From Planctomycetota bacterium (GTDB taxonomy: Bacteria; Planctomycetota; Brocadiia; JAADGH01): a stretch of 64,000 nt of DNA. The stretch lies in assembly GCA_040755855.1 (NCBI GenBank), contig JBFMAD010000002.1, forward strand, positions 96,001-160,000, read 5' to 3'. Made by a program: the position numbers and the translations under genes. This document shows, in pieces, positions 1 to 8,949 of the stretch (the first letter of the stretch is position 1; every line of letters begins with the position of its first letter). The notes beneath the pieces were generated by a model. The model searched no databases. It saw only the letters and a program-made list of their open reading frames with translations, and had not been told where the DNA came from.

Positions 1-445
1 CTCCGAGATTCAGACCGAGCATCCGGTCGGCGATCATCTCATAATGGGCCTGGCCCAATGGACGGCCCGCGACCAACGGCAGCCACTCCCCTTTATCGTT
101 CGGCCAGACCAGACCTTGCACGGACACCCGCAAAGGCTTGCCGTCGCGCTCGCGTTGGATGGTGTGATAGACGAAACGGCGCGCGCTCGCCACACCGGGC
201 ACGGCCAGAAGCCGGTTCTCCAGGTTAGCGGGAACTCTTGAGATTTCGGCAAACGGCCCGCGAGTCCCCTGCTGCACCACCCACAAGTCGGACCCAATGC
301 GATCCACCAGCAACGTCGCCTCGTACACCAGCCCCGCGTAGATGCCGCCCATGCCCAACACCACCATCAACAACAAGCCGATGCCGAAGGCCGTGAGGGC
401 AAAGCGGCCAAGATTGTGTCGGATGTCATGGACCGCGAGGTTCAT
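1..445 (-). CDS. ABC transporter permease (MacB/FtsX-like), 5' part; runs off the window start
   Basis: Manual translation from ATG at 445: MNLAVHDIRHNLGRFALTAFGIGLLLMVVLGMGGIYAGL... This is a typical permease N-terminus. ATGA overlap with the upstream MFP stop. Absent from the ORF track because it is incomplete. Confidence 0.85.
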   Translation of the reverse strand, partial: MNLAVHDIRHNLGRFALTAFGIGLLLMVVLGMGGIYAGLVYEATLLVDRIGSDLWVVQQGTRGPFAEISRVPANLENRLLAVPGVASARRFVYHTIQRERDGKPLRVSVQGLVWPNDKGEWLPLVAGRPLGQAHYEMIADRMLGLNLG

Positions 446-1650
446 TGAATGTGTATCCTTCGGCCGTCCATGGGGCTGCGCTCGTCGGCGGCGAGGGGTG
501 CCACGACTTCCTCACCGGCCTCAAGCCCGCTTGCGACCTCGACTTCTTCACCACCCCGGAGGCCGAGGACGACAGCGCGCCAAACGGCGCGGCCGCCCTC
601 GTTCACCAGCGCCCCGCTTTTGCCGTTGCGCCAGACCACGTACTTGGACGGCAGCACCAGGGCGTCCGTCTTGCGGGCCGTCTCGATATAGACCTCGGCC
701 CGCTGGCCGATGGTCCAGTTGCGGGGAAGCTCCCGCGCCAGCACGTCCACGAGAAACTCGCGTGTCTCGCGGTCGGTCTGCCGCCCCAGTCGCGCGACAA
801 TTCCCGGATATGGCTTGGCGGGTTCGGATCGGAAGACCACGCGCGCCGGCTGATTGACGACCAGTTGCGCCATCGCCGTCTCGTCCACCCATGCTGAGAC
901 CCAGATCTCCTGGGTGGCAATGACGTCGAGGATCGAGCTCCCCGGCACCACAACGTCGCCCGGGTCGCGGTTGCGCCGCACCACCAGGCCGTCGAAGGGG
1001 CTTAGTATACTGGCGTTGGCCAGAAGCTCCTGCTGATAGGCAAGCTGTTTCTCATCGGTAATCTGCCGGCGGTCCGCCTCCACAATCGCCGCCTGTGTCT
1101 GCGTCAGATCGGCCTCCGCCACACGCAGTTTCTCGATGGATTTGTCGCGATCAGACAGCGACGCCGCCTTGCCGCTCACGAGGGCCGCAACCCGCTCGTC
1201 CTCGAGTTGCGCCTGTTTCAGGATGGCGGCGGCGCGCGCCTCGTCGGCGCGGACGCGCTCCGCCGTGGCGCGGGCGGCCGCCAGGGTCGCCTGCGCCACC
1301 TCGACCTGCTGCCGAAGCTCGCTGTCGTCGAGTCGGGCCAAGAGTTGACCAGACGCGATCTTGTCATTCTGATCCACCAGCACATCGACCAGCCTGCCCT
1401 GGATTTCCGGGCTGATGCTCGCCTTGAAGTGGGCCTCAAGGGTCCCCGTCCCCATGACTTCCGCCGCGATGTCGCCGCGCGCCACCTGGTGCGCCGTCAC
1501 GGGGATCGGCGCGAACTTCGTACGGTACAGCGCGAACCCTATCGCCGCGGCAAGCAGAGCCAGGATCAAGGCGCGCCGCAGCATCCGGCGCAGTACCCTG
1601 AAGGTCGCCCCCCGCGCACGCGCATTCGACTCACTCTTCATTTGGTTCAT
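442..1650 (-). CDS. Efflux periplasmic adaptor subunit (HlyD/MacA-type MFP)
   Basis: N-terminal TM, ISPEIQGRLVDVLVDQND lipoyl half, coiled-coil hairpin, ILSPFDGLVV, C-terminal VEVASGLEAGEEVV. Exact start is uncertain. Confidence 0.9.
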   Translation of the reverse strand: MNQMKSESNARARGATFRVLRRMLRRALILALLAAAIGFALYRTKFAPIPVTAHQVARGDIAAEVMGTGTLEAHFKASISPEIQGRLVDVLVDQNDKIASGQLLARLDDSELRQQVEVAQATLAAARATAERVRADEARAAAILKQAQLEDERVAALVSGKAASLSDRDKSIEKLRVAEADLTQTQAAIVEADRRQITDEKQLAYQQELLANASILSPFDGLVVRRNRDPGDVVVPGSSILDVIATQEIWVSAWVDETAMAQLVVNQPARVVFRSEPAKPYPGIVARLGRQTDRETREFLVDVLARELPRNWTIGQRAEVYIETARKTDALVLPSKYVVWRNGKSGALVNEGGRAVWRAVVLGLRGGEEVEVASGLEAGEEVVAPLAADERSPMDGRRIHIQ

Positions 1651-1674
1651 ATTCCAAAGCACCCATTAGCCGGT

Positions 1675-2295
1675 TTATTTCACGCTTCTGATGACAACAA
1701 AAGGGCCCTTCCCAAAGCCATCCAGAATGGTTTCTTGCGTTTCTCCGAAGATAAGGGCTTGCTTGATTTTCACAGTATGAAAACCTGCTTCTTTGAGGTA
1801 GTTCTGCACTTCTTCTGTGGAGAAGAAGGTGGCCTCTTTGTAGAATCTGCTTCTATGGCGTTTATCAAGATACTGTCTGCCCAGTTCACTTTCTTTATCC
1901 ACAAGTCCTACAATGATGCACCCGCCAGGTTTCAATATCCTGAGCACTTCCCTGAAAGACCTGATAATATCGTCCACAAAACAGATGGTCGTTACCATCA
2001 GCACGAAGTCAAACTCGCCATCGCAGAAAGGCAGGTTCTCCGCCACGCCGCGGCAAACGTTGATTCCCCGCCTTTTCGCTTTGATGGCCATCTTTTCTGC
2101 GGGATCCACACCAATCCTTATTCCCAGCGGTGCAGCGAATCTGCCGGAACCTACACCGACTTCCACCCCCTTGACTTCGGGCAAAGGGATAAGCCGGCGG
2201 ATGGCCTCAAGTTCCCCATCGTAGATGTCATGGTTCCTCTCGAACCACTCATCATACGCATTGCTGTATTCTTCGAAGGGTTTTGTTTTTGGCAT
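1675..2295 (-). CDS. Class I SAM-dependent methyltransferase
   Basis: VEVGVGSGRF motif I, GVDP, AENLPF, FDFVL, RILKPGG. Confidence 0.9.
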   Translation of the reverse strand: MPKTKPFEEYSNAYDEWFERNHDIYDGELEAIRRLIPLPEVKGVEVGVGSGRFAAPLGIRIGVDPAEKMAIKAKRRGINVCRGVAENLPFCDGEFDFVLMVTTICFVDDIIRSFREVLRILKPGGCIIVGLVDKESELGRQYLDKRHRSRFYKEATFFSTEEVQNYLKEAGFHTVKIKQALIFGETQETILDGFGKGPFVVIRSVK

Positions 2296-2416
2296 ACAAA
2301 CTCGCGGCCATTCGGCCTGCATTCTGCGGGACAGTGCAACCTGGATTGTGGGTTCGCGAAATAGGCAGTCTTTCTCCGCCTCCCTACTTGGTGTTTTACT
2401 TGGCTCAATTGTTACG

Positions 2417-2554
2417 CTACTTCTTGCTCGCCGGCTTCACGCACGGATGTTGTTTGACATCGCCGTGACATCTCTTGATCTGCTGAGGTGAGCACTCCTC
2501 TGGCTTGCCCTTCAACTGTTCCGGCTTGCAGCATCCCTTCTTTCCCGTGCACAT
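2417..2554 (-). CDS. Small Cys/His-rich protein (45 aa), putative metal-binding
   Basis: MCTGKKGCCKPEQLKGKPEECSPQQIKRCHGDVKQHPCVKPASKK*. SD GGAAGGAG upstream. Starts 3 nt after the ArsR stop. Below the ORF-track size cutoff. Confidence 0.75.
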   Translation of the reverse strand: MCTGKKGCCKPEQLKGKPEECSPQQIKRCHGDVKQHPCVKPASKK

Positions 2555-2557
2555 GAC

Positions 2558-2878
2558 TCATCTCCTTCCTTTTCGCTTCCAGGGACAAGAACGCTTTTTC
2601 TTTCGTGTCCCAAGAAACTTTCCAATATGTTTCTGCCATTTGTCGAGCGTCTTCTCGTTGATCCGGTAATGGACGTAGTATCCTTGTTTTTCCGGCGCGA
2701 CCAGGTCGGCGTCGCGGAGGATGCGGAGGTGCTGCGACACGGCGCCCTGCGTCACGTCAAGCATCGCCGACAGCGCGCCGACACAGAGGGTCCGATCTCT
2801 CAATAGCTCGATGATCCGGAGGCGGGTGTCCACCGAGAGCGCCCCGAAAATGCGAGTCAGCTTTTGAATGTCGGTCAT
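2558..2878 (-). CDS. ArsR/SmtB family transcriptional regulator
   Basis: ALSVDTRLRIIELL...LCVGAL...QGAVSQHLRILRDADLV...GYYVHYRI. Confidence 0.95.
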   Translation of the reverse strand: MTDIQKLTRIFGALSVDTRLRIIELLRDRTLCVGALSAMLDVTQGAVSQHLRILRDADLVAPEKQGYYVHYRINEKTLDKWQKHIGKFLGTRKKKRSCPWKRKGRR

Positions 2879-2893
2879 TCCGTCAGCTTTGAT

Positions 2894-2937
2894 TTAGTAT
2901 ATACTAATATACTAATATAATGTCCGCGCGCAGTCAA
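2894..2937 (-). promoter_or_regulatory. Sigma70-type promoter and palindromic operator of the ArsR operon
   Basis: Minus strand TTGACT-17 nt-TAGTAT. Perfect 14-bp palindrome TTAGTATATACTAA at 2894-2907, just downstream of the -10. Confidence 0.7.
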
Positions 2938-2996
2938 ATGAAAAAATTGAAATTCCGGTCATGCCTCAGAAGGCGCGAAAAATCAAATGGGCTGGG

Positions 2997-4088
2997 TCAG
3001 GGCTCGTAGAACGGCCCGGTGAGAATCTGGGAGGGCAAGGAGAAAACCGTCCAGCGTTCCCTTGGCACGCCGTTGAAGGCCGCCCGAAATCGCTCGGCGT
3101 CCGGGGCCTCGCCCGTCACGTTACGGATCAGGATATGAAAGAGCTGGCGCGGATGCCTGCGCGCCAGGGCCCCGTATATCTCCGGGTCTTTCTCGCCGGA
3201 GTCGCCGACGAAGATGAACCGCCGCGCCGGGAAGGCGGCCAGGATCGGCTCGATGGCGGTGCGCTTCGCCTCCTCGGGTGAGTCGAAGAGGCTGAGGAAG
3301 CTGCTGACGCGCCAGTTGAATTCCTTCAGGTGGAAGGCGCCCGGCGGATATCCGCTTTTGCGAATAAATTCGGCAAAGATTTTATACAGTTGCCACGGAC
3401 TCGCCGACACGTAGTGGAACACTGCCCCGTCCTTCGTCCACCGACCGTAGACCTCCGCCATGCCAGGCACGGCTGCGAACTCCTTGAGGAAGGTGTTCCG
3501 CAGCAGCGCCTTCCGGTCGAGGACCTCGCTGATCTTGATCGTATCGTCAATGTCGGAGATGACGGAGATGCCCGTGTCGTCGGTCCATTGAACGTGGCCG
3601 GTGAAGGCCCGTCTATCCCCTTCCGACATCACCGCATGGAAGGGCAGCCAGCCTTGCGTGTCGCCCCGCGATTCCAGCAAGTTCAGAACATCCTTTTCCG
3701 GTACGCGCACCTCGCCCGTGAAGTGGCCGTTCGGCTCGGACTCGCCGAGCTTGTATTCCTTCCCCGCCAGGCGGATGGTCACATGCTTTCCGCGCTCGCT
3801 ATCCACCAGGAACAGTCGAGCGCGTTCCTTGAAGATCGCCGTCTCTTCCACCTCGCGGTTGAGCCCCAGCGCCTTGCGGAGCGCGCCGAGGGCCGCGGCG
3901 CGAGTGGGCGAGTCCTTCTCCGGCTCGAAGATGCAACCGTGAATGCGAAGTACGCAGGCATCGCCCACCGCCCGACAGCCATACGTCGGATAGAAGACGA
4001 CCTCCTCATCGGCCTTGATCTGGGCTTGCGATTCACCTGTCAGAAGAATAGCCGACAAGAGGAGGCATGTGCCGACGGTCTTGCTCAT
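2997..4088 (-). CDS. App1-like phosphatidate phosphatase family protein (DUF2183, HAD fold), secreted
   Basis: Signal peptide, VISDIDDTIK, HYVSASPWQLY, FVGDSGEKDPEIY. Start overlaps the upstream stop (ATGA). Confidence 0.85.
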   Translation of the reverse strand: MSKTVGTCLLLSAILLTGESQAQIKADEEVVFYPTYGCRAVGDACVLRIHGCIFEPEKDSPTRAAALGALRKALGLNREVEETAIFKERARLFLVDSERGKHVTIRLAGKEYKLGESEPNGHFTGEVRVPEKDVLNLLESRGDTQGWLPFHAVMSEGDRRAFTGHVQWTDDTGISVISDIDDTIKISEVLDRKALLRNTFLKEFAAVPGMAEVYGRWTKDGAVFHYVSASPWQLYKIFAEFIRKSGYPPGAFHLKEFNWRVSSFLSLFDSPEEAKRTAIEPILAAFPARRFIFVGDSGEKDPEIYGALARRHPRQLFHILIRNVTGEAPDAERFRAAFNGVPRERWTVFSLPSQILTGPFYEP

Positions 4089-4549
4089 GCCAGGAACTTT
4101 TCGATTCCCGCTTTCAGCGTCGCCGTTCGCTCGGCCACGCGGTCCGGTGGGTTCTCGCGGTAGATCTCCATCAGGTCCTCGCAGCGGTCCTTCAGCCGCT
4201 CGCAGAAGGCCCGCGCCGTCAGGCGGTCGCCCTGTTTCAGACCCAGCCGCTTGCACCAGCGCTTATCAATCAGCAGGTTATACTCCCGCTTCGAGGATGG
4301 CGCGCCGGGCCGGAAAGATGTGTCAATGGTGTCATCGCAAAGGCCGCCGATATTGTGCTTACATGGCGCGCATATGTCGTCGGCGCCCAGTTCCATCTCC
4401 AGCATCACGTCGCGCTCGGCCAGCACCTTCGCCGATACCGTGTGCACGGCATGGCCGTAGGGGTGCGGCTTGAACGTCTCCTGCCCGCGACCAAATGATG
4501 TCACAATGTCAATGAAATGGTGCGGCTTCGTCCGGATCACATCGCCCAT
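4085..4549 (-). CDS. DUF1284-like Cys/His metal-binding protein
   Basis: RTKPHH...ADDICAPCKH...C pattern. Confidence 0.6.
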   Translation of the reverse strand: MGDVIRTKPHHFIDIVTSFGRGQETFKPHPYGHAVHTVSAKVLAERDVMLEMELGADDICAPCKHNIGGLCDDTIDTSFRPGAPSSKREYNLLIDKRWCKRLGLKQGDRLTARAFCERLKDRCEDLMEIYRENPPDRVAERTATLKAGIEKFLA

Positions 4550-4564
4550 CCCTCTTCCTCCCAT

Positions 4565-6043
4565 TCAAATGAGAATTGAATACAGCGCTCCGTCGCTGAT
4601 CTCCAGGCGCAGGGACACGGCGTCGTAGCGGTACGGCGCGGTCGTCTTGCCTTCCTGCCATCGCAGGACGTGCTGCCGCGAGTCGCCCGTGGCCGGGATC
4701 GAATTGTGCAGCTCATGCCCCGCCAGCGGTATGCCGTACGGATCGCGCAGCTCGGCCTTGAGCCACCCGTTGATGTCCGCGTCAACGCAGACCTCCGCCC
4801 GGGCGGGGATAAAGGGCTTCAGCGTCAGGCTGCCGATCGTGTTGGCCGAGGTAGCCAGGCCGGCGAACCGGCCCGTCGGCCATGAGGCGGCCATCACCCC
4901 GCGCCATGCCTTCTCCACGCCCGGCGGAAGCTGGCGATTATGCTTCTCGTTTCCCGCGGTGTAGAGCATGATCTGCTCGTCGCCGACCTCGATGACATCG
5001 CTCGTCGCATAGGCCGACATGCACCCCTTTTCCGGGAGGGGATCGCGGGGGATCCATCCGCCGCGCAGGGGACGGAGCCAGCGGCGGCTGTCGCGACTGA
5101 AGCACAGCTCCACGTCCATCGTCTGGTCCCAACATCGGTAGTGGCCGAGGAAGCCGATGCGCCACTCCGGCCCGCGATGGACGGAGAGGTAGTAGAATTC
5201 CATGTCGAGCGGGTCGTGCTCGTCGGGTGTGATGAGGAGCTCCGGCGCGCTCCACTGCATGCCGTCTTCGCTCGTGCGCCGGTGTATCGTGCGGATTACC
5301 TGCGGCGCGTTGTCGTGGGGCGTGTAGCGGTGCGTCTCGGGCCAGGTCGGCATGAGCCAGACGGAATACATCTCGAAGACATTCTCGACGTCGTTGTAAT
5401 AGACATATGTGGCGTCGTTGCTGCGGAGGCGCTTGGCCTCGATCCACTCGACCGTCCGCTTGTCCTGGAACTTGCTGTTGGGGTTGGCCGCCGTCAGCCC
5501 CGCCGCCCAGCCGGCCTGGCCGACCTCGAGGTCGGCGGGGTGATAGATGGCGGGGCGGTTGAGGTCGGTCAGCTTCCACCGAATGCCATCCTTGCTCTCG
5601 GAGATGATGTAGCGCATGTAGCCCTGGTCGTGGCCATGGATCCAGCAGTACATGAGCCATTTGCCCTCCGGGGTCCGCGCCACGGCGGGCTGGATGATAT
5701 TCGCGTTTTCGTAAAGCCCTTCGACCCGGATGTGGTTCGTGTCGCGCCCCTCCCATTGCATCTGCCCCAGCATCGGTCGCTGCCAGGACAGACCGTCGGA
5801 GGATTCGGCGACGGCGATGCGCATGGTGCGCCGGTCTTGCTGGCGGGTGGAGTAATACATGCGGAAGCGGCCGTCGTCGAGCGTCATGACGGTTCCTGCG
5901 AAGCTCATCACGCTGTCGAGATCGGGCGGCCCCTCCGCGTCGAAGACGACGCCGCGCTTCTTCACGGGCACACTGTGGAGATGGAGTCCGTCTCGACAGA
6001 GCGCATCCTGATCGTCGTAGAAGAAGATTCGGCTCTTGTCCAT
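4565..6043 (-). CDS. Hypothetical five-bladed beta-propeller glycosidase-like protein
   Basis: Repeated AESSDGLSW / ESKDGIRW / TSEDGMQW / FSRDSRRW motifs and a C-terminal beta domain. Start taken as MDKSRIFF. Confidence 0.6.
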   Translation of the reverse strand: MDKSRIFFYDDQDALCRDGLHLHSVPVKKRGVVFDAEGPPDLDSVMSFAGTVMTLDDGRFRMYYSTRQQDRRTMRIAVAESSDGLSWQRPMLGQMQWEGRDTNHIRVEGLYENANIIQPAVARTPEGKWLMYCWIHGHDQGYMRYIISESKDGIRWKLTDLNRPAIYHPADLEVGQAGWAAGLTAANPNSKFQDKRTVEWIEAKRLRSNDATYVYYNDVENVFEMYSVWLMPTWPETHRYTPHDNAPQVIRTIHRRTSEDGMQWSAPELLITPDEHDPLDMEFYYLSVHRGPEWRIGFLGHYRCWDQTMDVELCFSRDSRRWLRPLRGGWIPRDPLPEKGCMSAYATSDVIEVGDEQIMLYTAGNEKHNRQLPPGVEKAWRGVMAASWPTGRFAGLATSANTIGSLTLKPFIPARAEVCVDADINGWLKAELRDPYGIPLAGHELHNSIPATGDSRQHVLRWQEGKTTAPYRYDAVSLRLEISDGALYSILI

Positions 6044-6056
6044 TCTTGATTCCTCT

Positions 6057-7154
6057 CTATTCATCCCCGAAGCACGTCCCCACGGCGCGCGCCGCCTTGA
6101 TGACAGGATGATTCCGGGGGACCAGTTTCTGCTTCGCGACGGCCTTCTCGATCGGGACCGACGTGATCTTGAACTTCTTGAGGCAGACCATCCGGCGGAA
6201 CCGGCCGGTCGCCACGAGCCGGGCCGCCTCCGTGCCGAAGCGAGTGGCCAGCACCCGGTCGAAGGCCGTGGGGGTTCCCCCGCGCTGCAGGTGGCCGAGG
6301 ACCACGGCGCGGCTCTCGATGCCGGACATCTTCTCGATCTGGTCCGCCACCATCTTCCCGATGCCGCCCAGGCGGATGGGGTCGTGGCTCGTCTCGACCG
6401 TGCGCCCGACAACCTGCTTGCCGCCCTTGGGCTTCGCCCCCTCCGAGACGGCCACGATGGTGAACCGCTTCCCCACCCGACTGCGCCGCGTGCAGCACTC
6501 CACCACGCAGTGGATGTCATAGGGGATCTCCGGGATGAGGATCACGTCCGCGCCCCCGGCCACACCGGAATAGAGGGTCAGCCAGCCGGCGTTGCGACCC
6601 ATCAGCTCGATCACCATCACGCGATGATGCGACTGGGCGGTGGTGTGCAGGCGGTCTATGCCGTCGGTCGCGATCTGCGCCGCCGAGTCGAAGCCGAAGG
6701 TGAGGTCCGTCTCGCAGAGGTCGTTGTCAATTGTCTTGGGCACGCCGACGACGTTCACCCCGCGCTTGCCCAGCTCGTTGGCAATGGACAACGTCCCGTC
6801 GCCGCCGATGCAGACGAGGGCGTCGAGGCCGAGCCTCTTGATGTTTTTTAGGACGCGGTCCGAGCGATCCACCTTCACCAGCTTGTCGCCGCGCCTCTCG
6901 ATATTCGCAAAGGGGTTGGCCCGGTTGGACGTGCCGAGGATCGTGCCGCCGAGGGTGAGAATCCCGGAGACATCCATGGGGTGCAGCAGGTGGGCGTGCA
7001 GATCAATGAGGCCCTCGTATCCGTCGCAGATGCCGACGACCTCCATGCCGTGCTCGTTCATCGCGGCCTTCGCCACGCCGCGCAGGGCGGCGTTCAGGCC
7101 CGGGCAGTCCCCTCCGCCGGTGAGGACGCCGATTCGTTGCTTCTTCTTTGCCAT
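6057..7154 (-). CDS. pfkA: 6-phosphofructokinase (PfkA family)
   Basis: LTGGGDCPGLNA, GGTILGTS, IGGDGT, PKTIDND, MGRNAGW, LGHLQRGG. Confidence 0.95.
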   Translation of the reverse strand: MAKKKQRIGVLTGGGDCPGLNAALRGVAKAAMNEHGMEVVGICDGYEGLIDLHAHLLHPMDVSGILTLGGTILGTSNRANPFANIERRGDKLVKVDRSDRVLKNIKRLGLDALVCIGGDGTLSIANELGKRGVNVVGVPKTIDNDLCETDLTFGFDSAAQIATDGIDRLHTTAQSHHRVMVIELMGRNAGWLTLYSGVAGGADVILIPEIPYDIHCVVECCTRRSRVGKRFTIVAVSEGAKPKGGKQVVGRTVETSHDPIRLGGIGKMVADQIEKMSGIESRAVVLGHLQRGGTPTAFDRVLATRFGTEAARLVATGRFRRMVCLKKFKITSVPIEKAVAKQKLVPRNHPVIKAARAVGTCFGDE

Positions 7155-7329
7155 AGCTTCACTTTCCTTCCAAATGAGTGATATGAGTTCAAGCCGAATT
7201 TTAAATGAATGTCGGTGCGAAATCAAGGCGTGGTTTTTTGGGCCGGGATGGCGTAAGCGGCAAGATGACGATTACGATGGCGAACAGGGTGTAGCGCGGG
7301 CTGCTTGCAGGCCATAACGACGCCCTGCC

Positions 7330-8949
7330 CTACTCCGGATTCGGCGCGACCTTCAGCAGCTCAGTGTAGTCCGTCCCTGCTTGTATGATGTCCACCGCCC
7401 GGCGTCCGTCGGGCAGGGGGACCTTGAGCAGGAAGAACTTGTACCACTCCTCCTCGTTCCCGCTGGTCTTCAGGTCCTTCCCCAGCAGTTCGTTATACCG
7501 TTTGCTGTCGGCCGCGCGGGTCTCCTGGTGGCGGTAGGGCCGCTTCCGGGCGAAGTCCACCGCCTCCTTGCCGTGCATGGTCCGCATGTCTTGAATAAGT
7601 TTCCAGCCGCCCCAGGTTTCCTGAAGCGCGGCGACGACGCGCTCGACCGGCCACCGGCCGTGGATCGGCGCCCACGCGAGGTCGAGGAAATAATCAACGA
7701 GGTAGATCGTGTCCTGCCGGCTTGCTCCCGCCAGGAGGAACGCCTTCCGCTCTTTGGCGAAGGGATTCTCCTGCTCCGAGATAAGCCCGCGTCTTTCTTC
7801 GTCCGGCTTCTTGCCGCCGAACCGTTCGAGTAGGTCTCCATCCTCCGGGCGGGCCAGCGCAATGAGATTGCTCCCGGCAAGCTGCGCCTCCGGCTCGGCC
7901 GGATCGTATCGGACGACCAGCGACTCAGGATCCGTCTTCGGTTCCTCCCCGCCGGCGAACGCGGCGCGGCGTTTATCCGCCCGGGCCAGTTCCATCGCCA
8001 GGACCAGGGCCGCGCGCTCGACGCACCAGGGGGCGTCCTTGCCGATGACCACCACCGCCTTCGGATCGGCCAGCTCTACCAGCCGGTCCTTCGGCGGCAG
8101 CGTCTTCGCCCACTCTTCGGGCGTGTCGGTCCCCGCCGCTGTCACGAGGTAACTGAAGTAGCCAGCGTCCACCGCCGCACCGTTGATCAGCTCCTCGATG
8201 CACACCGCCCGCATCTTCCGCGGATCGGCGAAGCGGAGCGGCGGGTTCTTGATGCTGTCCTCGTCGAGCATGTCGAGGGCGATGAACGCCGCGTGCCATC
8301 GGCCGTAGAGAAACGCATCGTTGAACGTCCAGTTGTCGAATGTGCGTAGCATCTCCGGATTCACGAAGCCCCGGCTGCTCGGCAATTCATCAAAGTAGGC
8401 GTTTGTGCTCCCCTTATACTTGTCCCAGATCTCGCGGCAGTAGTCCGGCGGAGGCAGCTTCAAGACCGTGTCTGTGGCATATCCCTTGAGATGCTCGTAG
8501 TAGACCTCCTCCTTGGCGAAGGGCACTTTCACGCCCTGATGCTTGGCCGCCAGAAAGGGCTGAAACCCCTTGCCGCCGTACCACGCCTGGCCCGAATGGG
8601 CGATGCACGTCCGGTCGGTCAGGTAGTGCGTCGCCGCCGAGGCGAAGAACATCGCCTTCGGCACGTCGCCCGCGCGGAGGGCGTCAATTGCCTCAAAGGT
8701 CATCAACCGCCTCATATACCCGTCGCGCCCGTGGCCGACGGCGTGGTCCTGGATCGCGTCGGCGTAATCGGCAAAGAGGCACAGATCGGGGTTGGACTTG
8801 AACGGCTCCGGCGCGAGCGTTGCGCCGAGGCGCGACGAGTCGTTGTGCCCGACGCCCCAGCCAAAGAGTCGCCCACTGCTCTGCAACAGCACTACGGATA
8901 AGAGTAGCGTGTACCACGTTCTACGCGCCATCATACAATCTCTTATCAC
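7330..8949 (-). CDS. Secreted hypothetical protein with Zn-dependent phospholipase C/S1-P1-like N-terminal motifs
   Basis: Signal peptide followed by WGVGHND, ADAIQDH, ATHYLTDRTCIAH. Confidence 0.5.
   Translation of the reverse strand: MIRDCMMARRTWYTLLLSVVLLQSSGRLFGWGVGHNDSSRLGATLAPEPFKSNPDLCLFADYADAIQDHAVGHGRDGYMRRLMTFEAIDALRAGDVPKAMFFASAATHYLTDRTCIAHSGQAWYGGKGFQPFLAAKHQGVKVPFAKEEVYYEHLKGYATDTVLKLPPPDYCREIWDKYKGSTNAYFDELPSSRGFVNPEMLRTFDNWTFNDAFLYGRWHAAFIALDMLDEDSIKNPPLRFADPRKMRAVCIEELINGAAVDAGYFSYLVTAAGTDTPEEWAKTLPPKDRLVELADPKAVVVIGKDAPWCVERAALVLAMELARADKRRAAFAGGEEPKTDPESLVVRYDPAEPEAQLAGSNLIALARPEDGDLLERFGGKKPDEERRGLISEQENPFAKERKAFLLAGASRQDTIYLVDYFLDLAWAPIHGRWPVERVVAALQETWGGWKLIQDMRTMHGKEAVDFARKRPYRHQETRAADSKRYNELLGKDLKTSGNEEEWYKFFLLKVPLPDGRRAVDIIQAGTDYTELLKVAPNPE

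Noticed and set aside
2412..2639. 75-aa ORF downstream of ArsR
   Set aside because: It overlaps ArsR by about 80 nt. The 45-aa Cys-rich frame has the SD and better spacing.
4565..6520. Over-extended ORF-track starts (651 aa here; also 38855, 40617 and 59945)
   Set aside because: The extensions overlap other genuine genes. Downstream starts, mostly with SD motifs, were used instead.
7291..7333. Possible degenerate GTAG...CTAC REP
   Set aside because: Pairing is weak and the CTAC coincides with a stop codon.
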